From NCBI GenBank assembly GCA_964016885.1, contig OZ024740.1, positions 189,286,001 to 189,350,000 of the forward strand: DNA of 64,000 bases, given 5' to 3'. Numbering within the stretch: position 1 is the first letter of the stretch; every line of letters begins with the position of its first letter. This document shows, in pieces, positions 1-13,262 of the stretch. This DNA is from Eledone cirrhosa. Lineage: Eukaryota. The translations under genes and the position numbers were made by a program. The notes below the pieces were generated by a model. That model did not search any database and was not told the DNA's origin. It saw nothing but the letters and a program-made list of their open reading frames with translations.

Positions 1-424
1 CAAAAGAAATAAATATTACTGTGTACATAGGATGAGAGTATGTTTCTTAAGATCATAATAGTGTGAAGGTTGTAATTATTGTTAAGCCGAAGGTCAACTC
101 TAATTGAGTTGACCTATGATCAAAAGTGTTCCAGATATCTCCATCATATATATTTTTTTCTTTTTCAGACATCAGATAATATTATATTATCTGATATAGC
201 TATAGTTGACATTTTTTAAGATGATGATGTGTGATTAAAATGAGATTTAGTTACTATCTCTACCAGGTTGAAGAATCATGTAAAAGCTGTCTTTGATTAC
301 TGAAGATATATGAATAGATAGCAAATGTATTGCCAGTAACAATGTTTCTGCATATCAAACCAATTTAAAAAGCAACAACAAAAAATAACCCTCTGTAGTA
401 AAAGATCAGACATACACAGATTAA

Positions 425-775
425 CCCTTTTGATAATATATTTCTCATGAAAAATACTGCCTATGGTTTTCAAATAATGTTCAAAATAATCAGGTGGTAT
501 TTAGTAATATAATAAACATTTTCATTATTAAGCTTTGCCTTCCATCCCAACAAGTTTGATAAAATAATCTACAAGTAATACACTAGGGTCAATTTATTTA
601 ACCTTCCACTCCCCCCGAATTGTTGGCCTTGCGCCTAAATCGGAAGCCATTATTAAGATGGTGTTTGAAACATAACTTAACATTTTCTGACATAAACTTA
701 TTAATGAAGTTCTTGATTGAAATAACAACTTTTAGAAATATACAATCAATTTCTGTCAGTTTGTTATCAGAAGGG
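425..775. mobile_element. piggyBac-like non-autonomous MITE with a nested SINE fragment
   Basis: TTAA at 421-424 and 776-779; terminal inverted repeats CCCTTTTGATAA / TTATCAGAAGGG (1 mismatch); no ORF. Confidence 0.75.
533..647 (+). mobile_element. 5'-truncated SINE (body and tail) inserted in the MITE
   Basis: ctttgccttccatcc...gataaaataa...tggccttgcgcctaaatcggaagc matches the SINE at 41236-41420; flanked by the 10-bp direct repeat CATTATTAAG (523-532, 648-657). Confidence 0.75.
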
Positions 776-904
776 TTAAAGACATGACTCATAGTTTCAA
801 CTTGTAATGACTATCTAATATCAATGTAATATAATATGCATATTGACTGTAACTAGTTATTTAATATGATCAGTTGATCAATACTTTTTTTTATTTTTTG
901 ACAT

Positions 905-1200
905 TATAGACAATCCAAATTGGAGTAGATAGGGACGATGAAAGGGGGATAGACAGACATGTTAGTTAGGCTTAAGTGTGTCAAATAACTAGTTAGTTGA
1001 AAGGAACAGAGGCCATTGTAATAGTGATAAAAGAGGAAGTGGGATGTGATAAGGGGACAGCATAACTGCAGGCCAGAGTTGGTATTGTTTGTCTCTGAGT
1101 AATTCTCAATCAATATGACAGCCTTCTGATGAATATGGTCTTGGATATTTAGATATGTTTAACAACAACATGGTCAGTGATCATAACAGAGAAGTCCTGA
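905..1200 (-). mobile_element. Degenerate CR1/Jockey-like LINE, C-terminal RT region
   Basis: Minus-strand peptides HQKAVILIE and FLFYHYYNGLCSFQL resemble the QKRAIRLI...LFYRYYxGxCSSEL motifs at the ORF2 C-terminus; interrupted. Confidence 0.5.
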
Positions 1201-1635
1201 AGTAGATAACAAGTGAAATCTTATTAATGTGATTCATTACTGTTTGTGTCATAACAATAAATAAATGTTAATTAAGATATAAACAGAATCTAAATAAAGT
1301 GTGTGTGTGTAGTGCGTTTGATAAGAGAAGCAAAGAAAATACAATTTAGAACTAAACTATGTCATTTTACTAATGAAACAAGAGATATATGATATATATG
1401 AAATCAAAGAATAATGTAACTGTAGAACATATATCGATTGGGAAACAAAATTAATGTTATTCTTATTCTTATTCTCATTGTCATTGCTGTTGATGTTGTT
1501 CAAACTCTTAATTAACACACAAATTTATTCAAGTTTACAAACCAAAATTGTCATTTCTATTTACACACACATACACACAGAGGCACATACACACATATAC
1601 ATGTACGTGTATATATATATATATATATATATGTA

Positions 1636-1685
1636 CCACCCTTGCAAGCAGGGAAAAGCAGACATAAAATGATGATGATGATGAT
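1636..1685 (+). mobile_element. Extreme 3' tail of an RTE LINE or partner SINE
   Basis: cacccttgcaagcagggaaaagcagacataaaatgatgatg is nearly identical to the LINE end at 58219-58263. Confidence 0.75.
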
Positions 1686-1837
1686 TTGTGTGTAAGTATA
1701 TCATCATCATCATCATAAATGTACACATTTTGTGTGTAAGTATATATATAATGTTAATACAAACATATATCAAATATTTATGCTCTGCTATGTATTGAGT
1801 TCTATATTTACTGTGGTTACCCCCGATTGAACCAAGG

Positions 1838-1876
<39 letters not shown>

Positions 1877-3243
1877 CATACATATATATATAATGTAAAG
1901 ACTCTTTTCCTACTATATCAAGCATTACACTATCTTTATTGTACTGTATCGTTCGCTGTGTTTTCTTCTGTTTGCTTTTTGCATACACACACACACACTC
2001 ACATATATATATATATAAGTATAGATACATATACATAGATTGATGCAGTTATTTGAGACAACTCTGTTTCTTCTTCAGTTATTTCTTTCTTTGCTATTGC
2101 TGCAGTTGTTGTTGCTTCTACTGATTTAACAGTCATTATTGTTTGAAGTGTGGTGGCTGGCTTTGATTGATTAGCCTGCTTCTGTTTCTAATTGGTTTGT
2201 TTCTAAACTCTGTGTATTTCAGATTTGCATAGAAATAGTTAGAAATTGCAGCTGGGTGGTTCGGAGGTTGTGTGTAATAGTAAATATCATGCAGCTTGTG
2301 AGGAATTAAGTTTCAAAGTTCATCATCAGCATCACCTTTAACATTATCACTGTCTTTATCATCTCCACTTTATCATTACCACTACATCCTTCATGACTAC
2401 CACCACTTGCTTTAAAATTGGAAAAAAATAAAATTAAAATGAGAATAAAAATAAAAATAGAGATTATGTTTAATATTTAAAAATGAATAAATAAAATCTA
2501 TATTTTTTTTGTGGATTGGATTTGTTTGTATCTGAAAATTTGATTTTATATTTTATACTTTTCTATCAAGTGTAGCTAATTCCTCCTCAGAACATCAGAG
2601 AAACTATAATTAAATTTTCTAGAACACTTTACAATTCTGTCAGATACTATTTACTCTACAGAAAGCAGTAAGGCATCTCTAATAAAGTATCATCTATTTA
2701 TTTATTTATTTTCCAAAATTATTATTATTTATTATTATTATTATGGTTGTTGTTGTTGCTATTTCTAGTATCAAATGACAATCATAGTTAGAGGAATGCA
2801 TCAGATGTTTTATTGTTGACTGAATAGTTGTTAATTGTTCACATCATGTCACCTGCTCTGTGTTGAATCCATGGTCAATACATTTGTCATTTAGATGGTT
2901 AATTCCGTCATGCTGTAGCCAAATGCAAGCTGAGTTGGTAGAGTTGTTAAAGTGTCAGGTTAGATAACCTACAGTATTTGTTCTGGCTCTCTGCACATCC
3001 TGCAGTGACCTTCTCTTCTTTTGGGGTCTTAAATTAAATACCAGTCTATGAGTTGTTTGGTGAAAATGTTAGAGAGTCAGTTGGTATCTGTTCTGGCTCT
3101 GTATATTCTGTCCCTTGTCACTAGAAAAAAAATGTGACACTCAAGGAGCCTGTATGAGATGCAACTTCATAAGAGGCCAGCAAAAACCAGTGCAGATGAG
3201 AGCTGTAACAGTAATACAAATAAATAATTTTTTTCATATGCAG

Positions 3244-3492
3244 GGGATTGGCAGTATTGATAGAGCGTTAAGCAAAATACTTTGAGGCATATATTCCAGA
3301 GTTCAAATCCTTATGGGGTTCATCATCATCATCATCGTTTAACGTCCATTTTCGTTCATCATCATCATCATCGTTTAACGTCCATTTTCCACGCTAGCAT
3401 AAAATAAAATACTAGTAATGCATTGGGGTAGATTTAATTGACTTTTCCCTCTCCCAAAATCGATGTCCTTGTGCCTAAATCAGAAACCATTA
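3244..3492 (+). mobile_element. tRNA-derived SINE interrupted by a doubled antisense RTE-type tail
   Basis: Head ggattggcagtattgatagagcg, B-box-like gagttcaaatcc and tail ccttgtgcctaaatcagaaacc; 3318-3400 carries (CAT)n-CGTTTAACGTCCATTTTC twice. Confidence 0.6.
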
Positions 3493-6400
3493 TACTCTAA
3501 TGCTAAGTTCAAATTAAACTATGGATATAGATTGGAGATGGAATGTCAGCTAACTTACCTCATGTATATTATAAGAACCAGTTGCATAGAAGTTTCAGTA
3601 ATGCTACTACCTAGTTAGTATTATACATGCTATCTTAGTAGGTAGTTATATCTATAGTATACATAAATTTGTGAATAATAATGTTGAATATAGGATTCCA
3701 GTAAGCTAATCAGTCTGCTTATCATGCTATGACTGGCATTTTATGTATCAAATTATATTGATTTATTTAAATTGTCAAACTGGTATAAATTTGATATTCA
3801 CTGTTTTTTTGTTTAGGAGTTGAATGTAAAAGGCTTCATGGTGTTATGTTTTAGACAAATGATGCCTATGTCAATAAACAACATACATATACACATACAC
3901 AGTGAAATAAACAACTAATAAAATGCGAGTAAATCCATTCCACATGCTACCATCATAAACAAAACTTAGGGTCAGTCTACCACATGGTCTCGGCAAACAA
4001 GATGCAGAAGACATTATCAAAATATTTTATGGAAATAACATTAAACTGTTGAACAGTACTAGTGCTGAATATTACTTTATTTCTCCTCAACATCTAACGT
4101 GACTGAAAGTATATACGTGAATGAAGTTAGTATGAGTTCTTCAAATAATGACAAAAGTTAATTTTTAAAATGTGAAATCAGATAATTATTTAGATGTAGA
4201 GGAGGAATTAAGAACTAATCAGCTCAACTACTGAGAGTAAATAATTTAACAGGATTTAGTATAAAGTGTCTGGGTAACATTGTTAAAGGCACCAATAGTA
4301 TTGTTGTTCATGGCAGTGGTAGTTATAGTAGTAGAATTAGAAATAGGAGCTGTATTGTTAGTAGCTCTGATGTTTCATTGAATACTGAGTGTTGGACTTC
4401 CTGGCAACAATGACATTTAATTAAATCTTAAGTTTTAAAGCTTATTTAGGGTTTAAACAATTTTCTTCATGCCAGAATATGAAATAAATATTCCATGTCA
4501 GGGACATCAAATGTCTGAACTGAGCTACTAGTAATAGTAGTTGCTGTTGTTGTTATAGTGGTAAAATAAAAACATGTTCTTAACTTTACCTAGCTGACAT
4601 TCTTATCTTCTCTCTTCTTGGGTCTTCCCTCCATTGAAGGTGAAGCATGCTCTAATTTGCTTTTTCTAATGACTAAAATATAGCTAACATTAATAGCATA
4701 GAGGCAACAACATTTAAAAGAAATTCAGATGGAAATGACTTTCACTATTACAGTAACAAACATTTTTTCAATAATAGTTTGATTTTAGTTTTAAAATGGT
4801 TTCATAGCTACCATCTCCACCATCGTCACTACCAGTACTTTCTTCTACACATAACAAAAACTGCAAATCTTTTTATGATCTAAAAATAGTGTTTACAGTT
4901 TAATATATATACATTTGCATATACTTTGCCCCTTATCTATTTACCTTCTACTCCCCAATTCACTAAAATAACAATGAAAAAAATGAATGAAATAAGAACA
5001 ATAACAAAAAGAGCAGTGTATTGATTTTGTCATTTTTAACAATTTTTTACATTAATGTTTGTAGGGATTTTACAGAGAAAAATGTATTTTATCACTAACT
5101 TTAGATCGTGCTATTATAGTATAGCAGTTTGCCTACCAGTCAAGATAATTCCTCAATCATATCGGAATTTCTTTTATATGATCTTAAAGGCTTCTCAGTT
5201 TTCTTGTTCAGTGAAATGCTTCCAATTTGTTCTTGTTCTCATATTTTATTGATTTGTTCAGATTACTTAAGTCTAAGTGTTGCCAAATGCAGAATCTTGG
5301 CAGTTTTATCAATTTAATGTATTTTCTTTTTACCATTGCTATTTTTGTTTCCTTAGCATCTTGTGGAATTTGTTTACATAGATATCAGTATAGTTTAATG
5401 GATATCTGGTATTTTAGTAATAAATAGAATGTTTTATTTCCATTTGCTTGCAGTCTTTTACCACACCTACATTACCAACATTAAACTTGTATATAGGATA
5501 ATGTTCTACTTTCTTATCATCTATTCTCTGAAGTTGAAAACTCTTCTTTCATTTTATATTGGAAGGTCATAAAGTCCGATCTGATTTCGTTGGTAATAAT
5601 GTGTTTCTTTTCTGGAATGAAATTAAATGATTATATTATTAGCATTTCTTTTCTATCTTATTAAAAATGTGTATTATCTAATCATCTATACAAACTATGT
5701 AAGTCAATGCAGGCATATCAACATCTTGAAGATTGTCTTACTAATGACTTTTTTATCGAAAAGGATTGCATTTCTTGAGAAAGAAAGCAGATTTGTAACT
5801 ATTGGTAGATGAAAGCAGCAAACTGGCAAAGTCATTAGAGCACTCGATTAGATGATGCATGCAGCATTCTGAGTTCAGATCCAGCCAAGGTCATCTTTGT
5901 CTTTCCTCCTGATAGAATTGGGGGATTAGCAAAATTGTTAGATTCTCAAACAGGATGTTTGTGGACTCTAATCTGGCTTTATGTAATCTATGTCCATATC
6001 CCACCTCCTGACACTGTTAAAATGGAGACATTTAGGAGAGAATGATATCATTAAAACATCCAAGAAGCCTCCTATGAAAGGCAACCTCATTGAAATTCAG
6101 CCTAGCCTTTGCAGTTGTGGTATGTAAAAATATTGGCAGGTGAAATTACAGACACAAATACACACACAGTTAGTTACCTTCCAACAATGAAGTGTACAGA
6201 TCATATCTTGATCCAACTCATAACACACCAATATCTTTTTCACACAGACACATTTTCTATACAAATTAGCATGTTCGATTATTCTATACTATAAAAATGG
6301 TTGCTAAGGCCAGGCAAGGATGAAAATATGAAATTAGGTAAAGTGGTGAAGAAAACAATGTATATATTCAAAATAATAGATGCCCTTCAAAAGCAAATAA

Positions 6401-7264
6401 AGGGATTGAGTAACATAATAACTGGATTTATTGACTTGCAAAACTATCAGATTGCTAAAGTTCCTAATATTATCTATTTATAGAGTCACTAGAGCCGTGA
6501 AAACTGCCTACTGATATAAAATGCTGAAATATAACTTCTGTTCATAATACTGTAATTGTATGACTCTGACAATAGTGAAGTTACACAGAGTATAATCAAA
6601 TTCAATTTTGTATTTATTTATCTTGTATTAGATCAAATGTATACTCTTTCGAACTTAATTTCGATCAAGCTGCAAGCTGTTATTTGGTGCAACCAATCTA
6701 TATTTTAACATAATTCAATTAGATTTGTTTTCTATTCTGTTACATCTCTCATATTGTCCCAGATCTTTATATGAAACAATGCAAGTGAATAACTAACATT
6801 TACAATGATTAATGGTTTTGATATGTGTTATTTTGAATTCGATATGTGTTATTTCAAATTCCCATATAAAGCAGGCTGTTTTACATATATGTGTGCATGT
6901 TGCCAGCCATATTATCATTTTAAATAAACGGAATGTAAGAAAATTTTCGAAATTAAAGAAAATATTTTAAAAAATCAACAAAAAGCAACAGCCGTTTCAA
7001 AACTCATAAAGAAAATTTAATTTCGTTAAAAATATGATTAATCACATTTTAACACTGAAATGTGGGAGTTATTTTATGATAAAGGCATCTTATTTTCTTT
7101 CCTTCATACTAGTGTATGGAACATTTTTAAAGCTTTCTCTATATAATTTTATTGATATTTTCACATAACAAAGGAAAATACAATATCATTTGCTATTTTT
7201 TCCTTGGAAAGAAAAGACTATTATATATGAATGTGTGTGTGCATAACTGTGTATATTATATGTA

Positions 7265-7311
<47 letters not shown>

Positions 7312-8099
7312 TCACATGTATGTGATGTGTATATGTATATGTGTCGATAAAAAACAACATAATCATGAGGAAAAATATTAATTTTTCAAATACTATAAAA
7401 AGTATTGGGTTTATTGTTAGTGTCTTTAAAACGTATATAGATTTACATATAACATGTAAATTAAATGGAACTAAGATGAAAATAATTTTTAATCTTTTGT
7501 TTCCACTTCATTTCTCATTGGCTGTAAGTCAGCTTCTTTTTATTTTTCTCTTGTGATTTCTTTTGTTATTTTATTCAATGAATTTCAATAGCAATTCTCT
7601 TTCTATTGTGATTTCTATGTAATTATTTTGTTAACAATAATAACTGTAGTGAAAAAGTGAAATATGAATATATCCATTTGAGTGATAACTTGAATATATT
7701 TTCTAAAGTATTTGAGTGTTTAGGAAGGCCAGTTCATCTTATGCTTTGTTACAAATGTTTAAATATTTTTCAAGCACTTTATAAAGATAGTGACCTGATA
7801 ATCAGGCGGGCCCTAATTCTACTTGTTTTTCCTATATATCTTCTTTTCTCTATTTGTCTCTATTTCTTACTTTCTTTATCTGTTATTTTGATGAGTCTAC
7901 CATAGTTCTTAACACCAAAGATACTATTCGGTTCTAAAAAATATGACTAAAACATTCACAGTGTCTTTATGGACAAAGTTTCCATTTAAGGATTTGAAAG
8001 TACTTTGACCTCGTTTTTATATTTAGCTTTTATTCAACACTTTCAAGTAAATAATAGCGTGCATGTTCAATGTTAGAGTGTCTTTTACACCAAAATTTC

Positions 8100-8282
8100 A
8101 TCCTCATCATCGATTAACGTTCATTTTTCCATGCTAGCATGCGTCAGCCAAGTTGTCCCATTTTGAGTTGTCATATCTTGATCTTACAAAACTAATTCTG
8201 GCTTGGTTTCTATGGCTGGATGCCCTTCCTAATGCCAACCACATTTACAATGTTTATTGGCTGCTTTTTATCATGGCACCAA
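8100..8282 (-). mobile_element. RTE-type 3' UTR / SINE tail fragment
   Basis: catcatcgattaacgttcatttttccatgctagcatg...ggctggatgcccttcctaatgccaacc is the reverse complement of the tail at 42650-42817. Confidence 0.65.
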
Positions 8283-8473
8283 TACAACCACTTATTTATA
8301 TGTTTTTTACTGAATTGTGCAACCCAATCAATTTCAAATATTATTTTCTCTGATAAAACAAGGGAAGTATCTGGGTAACATTTTGTGTTTTATAATATTT
8401 TTGGTTATACTTTTTCTTTTGTGTTCTTTGTTTTTTCAAGTTTCTATAAAGTCCTTTTTTCTGTTATTTTCAG

Positions 8474-8669
8474 CCACCAATTGTAACCGGCATATCAGCA
8501 GTGCTGATGGGAAAAACGGTACCATAACCAGTCCAAACTATCCAAATCCATACCCAGGAGATATTACATGTCGTTTTACTTTTGAGGGTTCTGGACCCGA
8601 GAGAGTACAACTGCGTTTTACTCACATGGATCTATACTTTCCAGGTGGCAATGCTGCAAAACCTCATGA
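8474..8669 (+). CDS. Internal exon encoding the N-terminal part of a CUB domain (extracellular protein; SOL-1/Neto/tolloid/cubilin-type domain, gene unresolved)
   Basis: Long polypyrimidine tract and TTTTCAG acceptor (AG at 8472-8473); donor GA|GTAAGT at 8670. Peptide TNCNRHISSADGKNGTITSPNYPNPYPGDITCRFTFEGSGPERVQLRFTHMDLY has the CUB signature C...G.I.SPNYP..YP....C.....I.L.F...DL. Phase 1 start, phase 2 end. Confidence 0.93.
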
Positions 8670-11600
8670 GTAAGTAAAAAGTTACTATGTCATATTTTTC
8701 TTTGCTTGAAACTCAATGAAAAGATAAATAGTTTCATAAACCAGTGGCAAAATTGTAAAAATTTTGCTTCATCAGGAAATAGATTTGCAATTTAAAAACA
8801 AAATTATCACTTTATTTTTTCAGAGAATTCACTTAAACATTAAGATATAAAAAACATTAAAATTTTTTATCACTTAGTCAAGAAAAAGGACAGTGTCCAT
8901 GAAATTTTTCAGGGCATCTGAGATGGGTGGGTGAAATGTATGTTAAAATTAGTCACCTAGCCTGAATACTTGCACTAGAGTGTCTACTGCTAAACACACC
9001 AAAGGGGCAAGTGGTGGTGTTAAATTGTATATTGTACCACTAAAGTAGGCAACAGTGGAATTTGAACTTGGAATGCTGGAACAATTATTGCAAGCATCTC
9101 ATTCAATACTCTAACAACTCCACCAATTCACTGCTTTCAACTGGCACTTTATTTATCAACCAGGGAAAGATCAGAGGCAAAGTTGATTTTGGTAGGATTT
9201 AAGCTCATGTAGGTAGGAGATGGAATTAATGCTATGAGGCGTTTCATCTAATGCTGTAATGCTTCTGCCAAATTACTCTTTGGTTCCTATGGTTAATCAG
9301 CTGCCTTGTATTTGCAAAATGCCAGATCATTAATATTTATTTATCTGTTCATTCCAATTCAGCCCACACTCTGTCAATAATTGGCTGATACATTGAGCAG
9401 TATTTCAACTGCTGATTAGGATTTAGTGTTTATTTACTTTGCCCTTTTTTTCTACAGCGATTTCTATTAAAGCAGTCTTTGTCTTTGTTAAATAAAGGGT
9501 ATTTAAATAACTCCTCACAGCAGCTGTTAGATCATGAATAAAATGTGTAATGAAATTATTTAATTCAATTCGAGAAGAAAAACAGCATACAAATAATGTA
9601 ATTTGTTCATCTCCGAACAAGCCCTAAGGTTTGCATGAAACAGCTAGAATCGTGAGCTAAAGTTAATTTAGCACTCAGCTAAAAAAGTAAATAAATAAAT
9701 AAAAGTACTAAATCAATTGTCGTAATTCAATCATTTAAATGTTCATTAATAAATAAATAATTAAACTGAAATTATTCCCTGCTGCTTGTGTTCCATATTA
9801 CCTCCAGCCATTGATATTACATCTTGGTCGACAGATATTAAATGTTCATATGAAAAAGCACTACTTTTTTTTGTGATGTGAAATAATTTTTTTAGTATTA
9901 AGTAATTGCAAATTAATTCTTTTTCATATTGAAATATAAAGAAAGTATGGGGGTGGAGGAATGTTGCCCTTTTCTACAGATGGGGATATTCAAAAGAAAT
10001 ATTTGCTAAATATATTTTTAAAACTTAAGCTTTCACAAGTATTTGTGTTTTCCAATACATACACAAACATGTTATACTTTTCTAAAAATTTATATATATG
10101 TTGTAAGTGTTATGTGTATATTTTTTATAGTTAAAAAAAGAATAAAATCTTGTTGCAGACTGAAGAACATTATGTGTTTTAAATTTAGATCTTTATTGAT
10201 TCCCTTCTGTGATTACCTGACTTTTTATTTATATTTTGATAAAATTGAAAGATATTCTCATAGGAATATAGAGGATCTGCAATGAACAAAATAATAAAAA
10301 TTTATACCTTTCATTATGCTATATCATGAACAATATACTGGAAAGTAGAGCTGAGATGGCTGAATGGATAAGGTATTGAGTGCAATAGTTTCATTGTATG
10401 TGTCTGCAAAACAGTTTATTTTACATTGGCTCAGTTTATGTACTGTTGGAAATAAGAATCAAGAATTTGGGAATGTTACCTACAATAAGCCATCATTTTA
10501 TCTAAAGATGAAGCTTATTCCTTATCTGCTTCATTTATATCTACATTGCAATACACTGCTGAAATAAATTTTGATTGATAGAACATCAAAAGTAACTGTT
10601 GCATAGAATATTTTGTGACACATATGTCACTGCGCAATGCTGTATCTACTTTGCTGTCAACTTGATGTATCCAGAATTTCAGTGCCAGTCATAGTAAAAT
10701 GGGAAAAATTGATTTCTTTGGTAAGCCTGCTAGTATTTTTGTATTCTTTAGATTTAGTAAAAGTCAGTAACCTCATAAACATCTTAGATGTTCAAAATTT
10801 GCTATAGATATTTCAATAGGTCTTGAACCAGAATACATTACTTATAACAATCTATCAAACCGAAATTAAGAGATAGTCTCACTTAATATTTGAGTATTCA
10901 GAATTGCATTCTGTTGAAAAGGAAATTCCCCTAAATCCATTCAGTATGAATATCTCTAGAACCATCCAGCCTGTTAAAGAAGATTTTTTATCTACTAAAA
11001 AAGTGTTATGAGTTTGATAGAAGCTTTTGCATTTAGGTATAAGGCAGATGATTCTAAAAAGCAAATGACAAAATAAAATGATTAAAGGAATCATTTAAAC
11101 CATAAAATTGAAAGTGATATTACATTGCTTTATGCTTATGGAACAGGAGAAAAGTTCTACACCTGTGGTCAGTTCAGCTGTAGAATTTGTCTTTATGGAT
11201 TTCTCACATAAAATAGTGCTGTTCACATTCCATGCTTCTGTCAGGAGTTATGACCTGCAGAGTGTATCAACAATGGAAAGACCAAAGGAAACAAAGTTTC
11301 CATAGTCTGATTTGATGATAGGCTTCTGTGCTGTTTTTTTTTTTTGTTTTATTTCACATCTTAATCTTTCGTGTTTTCCTAAGTAAAAGAACTTTGTAAT
11401 AACATACAATATTTCTTACATTTGTTTTCTGTACACAACTGTAAATTTTCTGATGATGACATTCTCATAGAGCACAGCCCATGTTTTATTTTATATTATA
11501 TCCTTACATAACAATGATTTCATTATTGGGATTTTTGGAAAGGTTTCTATGCAATTCTAGTATCTGATTTAAAATATGATGGATACAATTTTCATTGAGA

Positions 11601-13039
11601 TCTAGATTTTGCATAATTCTATCCCAGCTTTTGTGAGTGTTATAATGTAAACAACAACTAAAATAGGCCTATATACATTAATTTCTTAACAGTACATGAA
11701 ATGTCATTGGCTTCTTATTTCTCCTTCCTATATATTACTTCCAAATATCTTTTATAAATAAGCACAAGTCAAGGTTGACCATATATTTAGACCAAAAAGG
11801 TGCATCAGAAGCATGCATGTCTAAACAAGCATTTTTTATGAAAGATCAGCTGCTACCCATGCAGCAACTATCCTCTCTCTAGGACACATATATTGCTCAA
11901 AGGAAAAGTATGGGCCATTCAGTCTGGTACCTGTATCACCGCAGGCAAACTCAGAATGTAAAAAAACTCAATCAAATACTAGAGGTCATTTTGTCTTATG
12001 CTCGAAAAATACTTCAGAATATTGACCGCTCTGAATTGGTACTTTATATTAGCAAAACTAGGAGAATAAAAAGCAAAGTTAGACTCAATGAGATTTGAAC
12101 TGTGAACTGTGAACCTAAAGTGCATTTTGCCTGATGCTTTAGTGGAATTTATTGCCAATCCATTGTGTTAAGATATATAATATACCTGTTATATATACTT
12201 TTTATATGCTTATTATAACACAATCATTACCTGTTAGTGTGATACATACACTCATTTTTTAACACTATATCTTTTCCAAAGTGTGTTTTCTATGTCAGAT
12301 GATACCTGTTTATAACAAGGAATATATGCTAGATTATGTTAGATCAATCATCCTCTGTAGGGAAATGTTATCAAAAACCCTCAAAAACCATTACAAATCT
12401 ACATATAATACTCTTGCTATTGAAGAATTTCTTCAGAAATAAATGTACAGGAATATGATTCCCCATAAGGATTGTTCTTGACAGCACTAAGACAACTTGA
12501 ATCTCTTGTAGTCAGCCATTTTACAACACAAATCTTTTTTTTTTCCATTTTATTGTTGTTGGTGTTGTTAAATAGATACAAAAAAAAGCTAATATAAAAA
12601 GTACATGTGATGATTCATAGAAAACAAGTTTTAAGAAGAATTGATTATGATATATGAATACATGTACGTTTAGCTGATTAAACAAGAGATATCTAATTTT
12701 TAGACATACAGTATCTCAAATTGATTTGATATCGTTAAATGTCAGGGAAATTTGACAGGTTAGTTTTTACATACTTCTTAGCTTAAGCAAACTTTACAGA
12801 CATTGATTCTTTTCCATAAATTTCTAAACTCTAAACACTATAAAGAATACTACTAACAACATGGGAATATCTTACTGTATGTGAATATTAGTAAAGATAG
12901 TAGTGATGGTGCTACTGTTTCTGTAGCTAATTTTGCTACTGCCACTATTACTACTGTTGATTTTACTCCTGCTAACGTGTATCAAATTTGTAGTGAATAT
13001 TTCTGTGAAATTGCTGTTACTGTTTATTTTAGGTCTTGC

Positions 13040-13262
13040 AAAAATGGCTGATTAGAAGAGTTGGTAATGAATTAATGCAGTATTTTATGGCATGGTGTCC
13101 CTTTATGTTATGAGTTAGAATCCCTGTGAGGTTGACTTTTCCTTTTATCCTTCTAGGGCCAATAAAATAAGTATCAATCAAATATGGGATCAATATTATG
13201 GAGCATTCTTCCAAACCACCTTTCAAATGAATGCACTTCGTACCTAAGTGAAAGACTAGTAT
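13040..13262 (+). mobile_element. Old tRNA-derived SINE (family of 41236-41420)
   Basis: gagttagaatccctgtgaggttgacttttccttttatccttctagggccaataaaataagta is a diverged copy of the SINE body. Similar old copies lie near 5815-5910(+), 9040-9280(-), 15300-15480(-), 20030-20200(-), 34910-35050(+) and 62950-63120(-). Confidence 0.6.

Noticed and set aside
8317-8473. Hydrophobic N-terminal part of ORF 8317-8673 as a signal or transmembrane segment
   Set aside because: It is the T-rich intron end and polypyrimidine tract read in frame; CUB similarity starts after the AG at 8473.
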